Below, one piece after another: positions 54,811 through 64,000 of a stretch of 64,000 nucleotides of DNA. The notes under the pieces are model-generated. The model did no database searches, was not told the DNA's origin, and saw only the letters and a list, made by a program, of their open reading frames with translations. The translations under genes were made by a program, and so were the position numbers. Source of the stretch: Eledone cirrhosa (taxonomy: Eukaryota); contig OZ024741.1 of assembly GCA_964016885.1 (NCBI GenBank), positions 237,522,001 to 237,586,000 of the forward strand. The letters run 5' to 3'. The stretch's first letter is position 1, and each line of letters starts with the position of its first letter.

Positions 54811-55107
54811 ATTTCTTCTGATGAAGGACTAGCGTCTGAAACGTTAAAACCTTCTTCCTGCTATTTCAAGCGTTAACCTAATATATTCTTTCCATATACT
54901 GTACCGATTGTGTTGTTATTTCTGTTTACCTTTTACACACACACACACATATATATACTAGTATCTACCTGTCCATGGTAGGGCCAATAACGTTGATAGA
55001 ACTCCATATAATCCAGAAGTAATAATTCTATCGAGATCAGGTGATGAAAGTTTTGGTTTTTGTAGTAGGCTTTCATCATATCAGATTCCGTTGAGCATAT
55101 ATATATC

Positions 55108-55344
55108 TTGAACAATGAAAACAAAAAGCCGAAGTTTAGTGCGTTATCAGTTCATTGTTTTACGATCGTTTCAGAAGGTTGATTGATTATGATAAATCGA
55201 TATAGTGACTAATCGGTCATAGTTATTAACTACGATCGATTAGTCACTATATCGATTTATCATAATCAATCAACCTTCTGAAACGATCGTAAAACAATGA
55301 ACTGATAAAGCACTAAGCTTTGCCTTATTTCTTTCATTGTTCAA
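55108..55344. repeat. Inverted repeat (~118-bp arms) containing the 3' half of a hammerhead-like motif
   Basis: Near-perfect central arms around 55226; GAAA-C-GATC-GTA on each strand but no CTGANGA. Confidence 0.85.
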
Positions 55345-55627
55345 CACGCACACATATATATATTATATCTTCTACACGACTAGAACTGTTTCATTCATAT
55401 GGAATCATCAGGAAAGTCCTGATGATGTCATGTGACATACATACACACAGTAATATACATAAACACATTGTAATATATATACACACAGAAGCATACATAA
55501 ACACACATACCGTAACATACATATACACAGCAACCTCCATAAACACACAAACACACTCAGTAATCCTCCATATATATACACTTGTATTGTTTATTACATA
55601 ATTAAATATATAAATATATATATATTT

Positions 55628-56010
55628 ACACACACACACAGTAACATATTCCACACCCTTCCACACACACACCAATTGTCCATATACATAGTAACATACA
55701 AAGACACTGTAACATCCACACACACACACACACAGTAACATATTCCACACCCTTCCACACACACACCAATTGTCCATATACATAGTAACATACAAAGACA
55801 CTGTAACATCCACACACACACACACACAGTAACATATTCCACACCCTTCCATACACACACCAATTGTCCATATACATAGTAACATACAAAGACACTGTAA
55901 CATCCACACACACACAGTAACATATTCCACACCCTTCCACACACACACCAATTGTCCATATACATAGTAACATACAAAGACACTGTAACATCCACACACA
56001 CACAGACAGT
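55628..56010. repeat. Tandem minisatellite, ~90-bp unit, 4 copies
   Basis: CAGTAACATATTCCACACCCTTCC..CCAATTGTCCATATACATAGTAACATACAAAGACACTGTAACATCC repeated. Confidence 0.9.
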
Positions 56011-56334
56011 AACATACAAACACACTAACATTCACACACACAAACACACTGTAATATTCACACACACAGTAGTTCTCCAAACACTATAACATTCACACAC
56101 ACACACACTTTCGTCATCACCCCTCCCCCTATATTCTAATTACAATCACAAAAATCAATACAAACATTGAGAATTTTCAAAACGCTCTCAGCTATATCAA
56201 CTACATTTTAATATTCCTCCCTCTCCCGTATTCATAGATTAGGTTTTTGGTGGATGTGGTAGTGGTGGTTACTTGTGGTTGTGGTTTTTGTCGATGGTGA
56301 TGGTGATGATGGTGACGTTAGAGTTGCTGTTGAT

Positions 56335-56660
56335 AGTGATGTTAGTGTTGTTGGTGGTTGTGGTGATGTTGGTTTTGGTTGTTGTTGGTGATGATGATGT
56401 TAGTGTTGTTGGTGGTTGTGGTGATGTTGGTTCTGGTTGTTGTTGGTGATGATGATGTTAGTGTTGTTGGTGGTTGTGGTGATGTTGGTTCTGGTTGTTG
56501 TTGGTGGTTGTGGTGATGTTGGTTCTGGTTGTTGTTGGTGATGATGATGTTAGTGTTGTTGGTGGTTGTGGTGATGTTGGTTCTGGTTGTTGTTGGTGAT
56601 GATGATGTTAGTGTTGTTGGTGGTTGTGGTGATGTTGGTTCTGGTTGTTGTTGTTGTTGG
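56335..56660. repeat. GT-rich minisatellite (~57-bp unit)
   Basis: GATGTTAGTGTTGTTGGTGGTTGTGGTGATGTTGGTTCTGGTTGTTGTTGGTGATGAT repeated. Confidence 0.85.
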
Positions 56661-57619
56661 TGATGTAAGTGTTGTTGTAAGTAATAGTGTTGGTTGTTGT
56701 GGTTGATGTTAGTGGTCGTGTTGTTTGAGAGCCAGGGTAGTGGTGGGAGTGGTGAGCGATGATGATGGCGGCGTTGGCCGTCATCGTGTTCGTTGTTCGA
56801 GGTTTTCATGCTGTGGTGGTACAGTGGCAATGGTAGTGATAATGGTAATTGTGATGGTGGTTAAATGTTATTTGTATGGGTGGTAGTAGAAGTTGTTGTT
56901 GTTGTTTAACCCTAGGTCAGTCCAGACCTATAATCAAAAGTATTTCACCCAGGACCAGCCTATCTTATATTCTCCAATAATGTGTATCCACTACCACATT
57001 ATGTAAAGTGTTTTCCTCCTTTCATGGCAGTGAGGTGTGATTTGAGAGAGACGTAGTTGCTATTTCTAGCAGGTCGTGGTTGATGGTATTGGTAGTGGTG
57101 GTGGAGGTTGATGGTAGTTGTATTGGTAGGGGTAGCGGTGGTGATAGTGGTAGTGGTTTTGCTTGATCGTGGTGACAGTAGTTGATAATAGTGATGTTGG
57201 TTAATGGTAGTGGTGGTAGTGGTGATGATAGTGGTGGTGATTGTGGTTAATGGTAGTTGTGGTTGATGATTGTAATAATGTCATACATTGTGATAAGGAT
57301 GATGGTGGTGATCATGGTGTCAACGATAATGATGAGGTGAAAGAATAGAATTTTAACTCACAACAGACCACAAACACTTACCACACACACACACAGACCA
57401 CCAGACACACATATAAACAACAGACACCACATACACAAAACACCACCATATACACTACACACACACACATCCACCACCACTGCACATCCACAACTACATA
57501 CACCACCGCCTAAATGTAGCCACTACTCTACATACACACACACACTACACATACACAAAACACACCGTCATCACCTCATACACACATCCACTACCACATA
57601 TACCGTAGAACAACACCAC

Positions 57620-57960
57620 ACACACACAAAACACCCATCCCCGCTACTACCGCCAACGCCACACACATAAAATACACCACCACCACCACTAACAACACCA
57701 CGCACACGATAGCCCAATTGTAGCCACACACACACACAACACCCATCCCCTCTACTACCACCAACGCTGCACACCCACTTCCACACACACGATAGCCCAA
57801 TTGTGGCCACCCTATCCCACCACCAGCGCCACACACCCACTTCCACACACACGATAGCCCAATTGTGGCCACACACACACACACAACACCCATCCCCTCT
57901 ACTACCACCAACGCTGCACACCCACTTCCACACACACGATAGCCCAATTGTAGCCACAAT
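57620..57960. repeat. CA-rich minisatellite with a CACGATAGCCCAATTGT core
   Basis: Core occurs four times. Confidence 0.8.
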
Positions 57961-58493
57961 GTCGTTGATGATAAGCTGTGAGAATATTCCATACTGTTTT
58001 ACCATTCAAAGAATAATTTCTACAAATCAATAATCAATTTCCTTGCTCTGCCACTCTCTAATCACTTCAGTGTCATTCTAACATTCTCTTTACTACCATG
58101 TACACATTCACATGTACATATATGTGGTGGTGGTAGGAGGGAGGGGGGGGGGGGGGAGTATGTATACATCGTATATATGTATGAATATATGATTGTATAT
58201 ATGTGTTGGTATGTATATATACATATATATATACACCTATATATATATTCAATTAAATGACTCTTACACGACTATTTCTGTTTCCTTTACTAAGAAACAG
58301 AACTGGTCCATCATCATCATCATCATTTAACGTCTATTTTCCGCACTTGTATGGGTAGTAAAAGTAATTTAATTTAATAAATAAAAATACATCTATTTTA
58401 CTTCATTTTGCTACAAATTGTTTTCTTTTCCATTTTAAATAAGAACATTAACAAATAGACACACACACGCCAACATAAAATGGATATAAAATG

Positions 58494-58547
<54 letters not shown>

Positions 58548-58847
58548 AATCAATTCAGTATCTCTGTACATTCCAGTTACCACTCAGAAGATACCAGGCC
58601 TTACCAATCTCGTATCTTGATATTAGAATATTATATATTGTAAACCATCATTGTATTGTATTGATGATTATTGTGTTAACCTTTCTAATACCCCCCCCCC
58701 CCCCCCTCAAACCACCTCTAGTCCCATGGAACGAAACCACATATAAAGAGTTCCTATTTAAATTAAAATCTTCCAACATAATTTGATATAAGAACCATTT
58801 GTTATTTTACAATATTCAATAAACATAATGAAGACATAACAAATCAT

Positions 58848-59675
58848 CATTAACTTTGCCTTTCATCCTTACGGGGGTCGATAAAATAAAGTACCAATAA
58901 TGTACTGGGTAATTGCTGGCCTTGTGCCTAAAGTAGAAACAATTATTATTATTATTATTATTGGATGAAAGGCGAGGTTAACTTTGCTTTTCATCCTTAC
59001 GAGGTCGATAAAATAAAGTACCAGTAATGCACTGGGTAATTGCTGGCCTTATGCCAAAAGTAGAAACAATTATTATTATTATTGGTGGATTGGCAGTATC
59101 GGTAGAGGGTTGGACACCATGCTTTGCAGCATAGAGTTACGGCTCTTGCCATTCTGAGTTCAAATCCCGCCGAGGTTAACTTTGCCTTTCATCCTTATGG
59201 GGTTGGTAAAATAAAGTACCAGTCACGCACTGGAGTCAATTTAATCGACTTTCGCCTCCTCCCAAATTGCTGACCTTGTGCCTATATAAGAAACCATTAT
59301 TATTAGTGGATTGGCAGTATCGGTAGAGGGTCGGACGCCATGCTTTCCAGCATAGTTACGTCCCTTAACAATCTGAGTTCAAATCCCGCTGAGGTTGACT
59401 TTGCCTTTCATCCTTACGGGGTCGATAAAATAAAGTACCAGTAATGCACTGGGTATTTGCTGGCCTTGTGCCAAAAAGTAGAACAATTATTATTAGGGCA
59501 GTGGATTGGCAGTATAGAGTTACGCCCCTTTGCGGTCTAAGTTCAAATCCCGCCCAGGTTAACTTTGCCTTTCATCCTTACAGGGTCGATAAAATAAAGC
59601 ACTAATAACATACTGGGGTTGACTTAATTGACTTTCCCCTCTCTCCAAATTACTGGCCTTGTGCATATACTAGAA
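58848..59675 (+). mobile_element. Cluster of five or six same-orientation SINE A copies/fragments separated by (TTA)n tails
   Basis: Central block repeated near 58855, 58980, 59178, 59398 and 59560. Confidence 0.9.
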
Positions 59676-59946
59676 ATATATATATATATATGTGTGTGTG
59701 TATATATATATAAAAGCTTGTTTTTGAAGTTGTTATTGATTTACTATATATCCTTCTATATTATACTTCTATATATGTTATACTATCATATCTCAAGAGT
59801 GTCATACCATCCGATTATCATGACACCAAATAAACCTAATAAACCTTTATTTGTCTGCCTCTCTGTTTCGTTCCCCTCCAAATTCGCACTATATATATAT
59901 ATATATAAATGTATGTGTGTGTGTGTGTGTATGTTCTCATAAGTAT

Positions 59947-62675
59947 GTATCTCCCCCATGAAGAATGCACCTCCCAACATAGACTCATAATTAGCGACCT
60001 CATAGTCAGGACGAGACGTACTAGACAGCAGAAGAGGACTATCCTCAGGAGAAAAATATGGAAGCTAAAGGACCCCACAGCCAGAAATAAATTTCAAAGC
60101 ATATTACTTGATGCTTTCGACAGTAAGGAAGAGCAATTAGAGTCGTACAATATAGAGGAACAGTGGGAATTCCTGAAAGCAAACCTGCTGATGGCGGCAG
60201 ACGAAGTCTGTGGCTGGAGCAGGCCTGTAGGCAGGAGGAGAGTAACATGGTGGTGGAACAGTAAGGTGGAGGAGTCAATTAAGGCCAAAAAGCAGGCTTG
60301 GAAAGTATGGCGGGATGGGGGAAGTAGAGAAGACTATCAAGTGGCCAGGAGAGAAGCTAGGAGACAAGTGTACTTCGCAAGAAGGGAAGCAGAGGAAAGA
60401 AAGTTCAAGCATGTTCTACAACGCGAGGACCAAAAACGTGAGGTGTTCAGGATTGCTAGGCAATGTGTCAAGGAAAACCGTGATATTGTCGGGGAGAAGT
60501 GTGTACTTAATGATGATGGCGTACTTGCCATCACTGACGCTGATAAGAAGGTAGCTTGGAAGTGTCACTATGAAAGGCTACTAAATGAGGAGACTAAATG
60601 GGAGAAAGACAGTCTCCCCCACATCGACCCAATAGAGGGACCAGCAGTGTTAGTCGAAGGTAGTATAATAAGTAAGGCAATCAAAGATATGAAGACGGGT
60701 AAGGCGGCTAGGCCTTCGGAAATAGTTGCTGAGATGCTGAAAGCCTCTGGAATGGTGGGACACACCATGGTCACCCGGACAGTAAACCAAGTCATACAGA
60801 ATGGGGTTGTTCCGAAGGACTGGCGTAGCAGCATCATCATTAACTGTTACAAGGGTAAAGGAGACGCCCTAGATAGGAGTAACTATAGAGGCATTAAATT
60901 AATCGACCAGGTCATGAAGGTCACGGAAAAAGTAATAGTGCAACTAATCAGAAAGAGAATTGATCTAGATGAAATGCAGTTCGGGTTTGTGTCAGGCAAA
61001 AGTACCACAGACGCTCTTTTCATTGTACGATAACTACAGGAGAAGTACCTAGCTAAAAGTAAACCCCTGTACTTAGCTTTTGTCGACTTGGAGAAAGCCT
61101 TCGACAGAGTCCCCCGTTCCATTATCTGGTGGGCTCTTAGAAAACTAGGTGTTGATGACTGGCTTGTGAGAGCTATACAAGCCATGTATAAAGAAACAGT
61201 CAGCAAGGTTAGAATTAACAACGAATATAGTGAAGAGTTTAGCATAAAAGTTGGTGTTCATCAGGGCTCTGTTCTTAGCCCCCTACTATTTATTATTGCC
61301 CTTCAGGCTATAACAGTGGAGTTCAAGACCGGCTGTCCATGGGAACTCCTATACGCAGATGATCTAACACTCATAGCTGATTCAATGGCCGAGCTAGAGA
61401 AGAAATTCCAAACATGGAAGCACGGCCTAGAATCAAAAGGCCTTAAAATTAACCTGGCTAAGACTAAAGTTCTAGTTTGTAGGAAAGAAAATAAGGCGCC
61501 GGTCCCTTCCGGGAAATGGCCATGCTCAGTGTGTAGGAAAGGCGTAGGTAGAAACTCCATTTTCTGTCCCAAATGCAAAGTATGGGTGCATAAAAGATGT
61601 AGTGGGATCACAGGTAAGCAAACTAAGAACATAGATTTTACATGTGGCCGGTGCTCTGGTGCAATAAGTAGCAGCAAGTGCCCACAAAATACTAGCTCTT
61701 TCAATTGCGCAGAGGGTTCTATAGAAATAGTGGACAGCTTCCGTTACCTGGGTGACAAAATCAGCAGTGGGGGGAGGGTGTTCTGAAAGTACAGTAGCTA
61801 GAGTCAGAACTGGATGGAAAAAGTTCAGAGAGCTTATACCACTATTAGCCGCTAAAGGGTTCTCCCTAAAAATGAAAGGCAGGCTGTATGATGCCTGCAT
61901 ACGAACAGCAATGTTGCATGGCAGTGAGACCTGGGCATTGTGTGCAGAGGATATACGCAGACTAGAGAGGAACGAAGCTTGCATGCTCCGCTGGATGTGT
62001 AATAGTAATATACGCGAACGGCAAAGCATAAGCGAACTAAGGGAAAAATTAGAAATAAGAGGGATCAGATGTTGTTTACTCGAGAGAAGGCTACGTTGGT
62101 ATGGTCACGTGATGCACATGAAAGACGACAGCTGTATAAAAAAGTGCAGGGCAATAAAGATAGACGGTAGCCACGGAGTAGGCAGACCCAGAAAAACCTG
62201 GGACGACCTGATAAATTCCGACACTGGACCGAGATCTTTGGCGGTACTCAGTAATAGAGTAGACCCGCCTTACCTAAATACAAAGTAAAAGCTACTACAG
62301 TCAGTAGGCATCTCTAACAAAATACCCCCCCCCCCCCACACACACACACATCCACACCGCCCCTTTCAATGTAAAGTTATGCTGGTGCCACAACATCCAG
62401 GCCGAAACAAATGAGATCGTGTAGGTGTCACGACAAAAAAACACACAGTCCACGCTGTAATGTGGCCGTGTATGTAACACTGTAAAAACCTCCCAGTCCC
62501 ACACTGTAAATGTGGTTGGTGTTAGGAAGGGCATCCAGCTGTAGAAAACCCGCCAGACAGTCCTATGCGAGCAAGACAACCACTCTTGCCTCAAGTGGGA
62601 AAACTCCCGTCCAAACCCATGCAAGCGTGGAACATGGACGTTAAACGATGATGATGATGATGATGATGATGATCC
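59947..62675 (+). mobile_element. 5'-truncated RTE-clade LINE (end of APE domain, RT, internal PHD-like finger, 3' UTR, (GAT)n tail), inactivated
   Basis: YKGKGDALDRSNYRGIKL, QFGF, AFVDLEKAFDRVPR, GVHQGSVLSPLLF, LLYADDL, YLG, RRLRWYGHV; in-frame TAA at 61031-61033; frameshift ~61780; TSD TCTCATAAGTAT at 59935-59946 and 62676-62687. Confidence 0.95.
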
Positions 62676-62989
62676 TCTCATAAGTATACTGTATATATCT
62701 ATCTATATACATATGAAACAAATTTTAAAATTACTTTATCAATACATAATAATGAAAATGTCCATTCACTGTATATGGTTAAATTTTCTATTTGATATTC
62801 TGTAGTATTAATCATATATCCCATGCAATGTTCAGGTTGTCAGCTGTAGTGAGGTGAAATATTGAAGTGCCTGAGGGGATCTGAAATATCTGAAAACCTA
62901 AGGATCCAGCCAAGCTTGGTTTTGTAGTCGTTATTGATTTACTATATATCCTTCTATATTATACTTCTATACTATCATACCTCAAGAGT

Positions 62990-64000
62990 GTCACACCATC
63001 AGATTATCATGACACCAAACTTTTATACCATCAGACCGCATATCATTAGACTGTCATTCTATCAGACCACCATACCATCAAACTTTTATACCATCAAACT
63101 GTTGTACCATCAGACCTCCTATCACTAGACTGTCATACTATCAGACCACCATACCATCAAACTTTCATATCATAAGACCTCATATCACTAGACTGTCATA
63201 TTGTCAGACCACCATACCATCAAACTTTTATACCATCAAACTGTCATATCATCAGACCTCATATCACTAGACTGTCATATTATCAGACCATCATACCATG
63301 AAACTTTTATACCATCAAACTGTCATACCATCAGACCTCATATCACTAGACTGTCATATTATCAGACCACCATACCATCAAACTTTCATATCACTAAACT
63401 GTCATATTATCAGACCATCATACCATCAAACTTTCATACTATAAGACCTCATATCACTAGACTGTCATATTATCAGACCATCATACCATCAAACTGTCAT
63501 ACCATCAGACCTCATATCACTAGACTGTCATATTATCAGACCACCATACCATCAAACTTTTATACCATCAAACTGTCATACCATCAGACCTCATATCATT
63601 AGACTGTCATATTATCAGACCACCATACCATCAAACTTTTATACCATCAAACTGTCATACCATCAGACCTCATATCATTAGACTGTCATATTGTCAGACC
63701 ACCATACCATCAAACTTTTATACCATCAAACTGTCATACCATCAGACCTCATATCATTAGACTGTCATATTGTCAGACCACCATACCATCAAACTTTTAT
63801 ACCATCAAACTGTCATACCATCAGACCTCATATCATTAGACTGTCATATTGTCAGACCACCATACCATCAAACTTTTATACCATCAAACTGTCATACCAT
63901 CAGACCTCATATCATTAGACTGTCATATTATCAGACCACCATACCATCAAACTTTTATACCATCAAACTGTCATACCATCAGACCTCATATCATTAGACT
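62990..64000. repeat. Satellite array with a 79-bp higher-order unit built from ~20-bp subunits; runs off the window
   Basis: ATACCATCAAAC / ATCAGACC / ATCAYTAGACTGTC subunits; near-identical ORFs offset by 79 bp (63691, 63770). Confidence 0.92.

Noticed and set aside
55000-55075. Minus-frame peptide KLSSPDLDRII resembling c-Jun KLASPELERLII
   Set aside because: Short match with an upstream stop and no bZIP or other Jun motifs; probably chance
56342-56830. 162-aa Q/H/T/N-rich ORF resembling a transcription-factor low-complexity region
   Set aside because: It derives from a GT-rich minisatellite and has no domain or splice support
62990-64000. Regularly spaced short repeats superficially like a CRISPR array
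   Set aside because: No unique spacers, no cas genes, eukaryotic context; it is a satellite

Overview
This AT-rich eukaryotic window is almost entirely repeats. The tRNA-derived SINEs, RTE LINEs with (GAT)n tails and long (AT)n/(CA)n/(GA)n microsatellites look like a coleoid cephalopod such as Octopus, but that assignment is inference. No intact host protein-coding gene is recognisable, and most ORFs in the track are microsatellite artefacts. Recognisable elements are three decayed Penelope-like retroelements of different types (0.6-9.2 kb), one 5'-truncated RTE LINE with a target-site duplication (59.9-62.7 kb) plus many RTE fragments, Tx1-, CRE- and Ingi/Vingi-like fragments, a hAT transposase remnant, Helitron-type non-autonomous elements, MITEs, over a dozen full or partial copies of one SINE, and a 79-bp satellite at the right end. 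The most striking signal is non-coding: reading both strands by eye gives roughly two dozen type I hammerhead-ribozyme cores (intact, variant or decayed) from about ten unrelated sequence families. They occur in a 426-bp tandem unit with an octamer motif (retrozyme-like), in a 300-bp unit bounded by direct repeats, in Penelope pseudo-LTRs, and repeatedly in head-to-head palindromes that put a ribozyme on each strand. All folds were worked out by hand; none were computed or tested.
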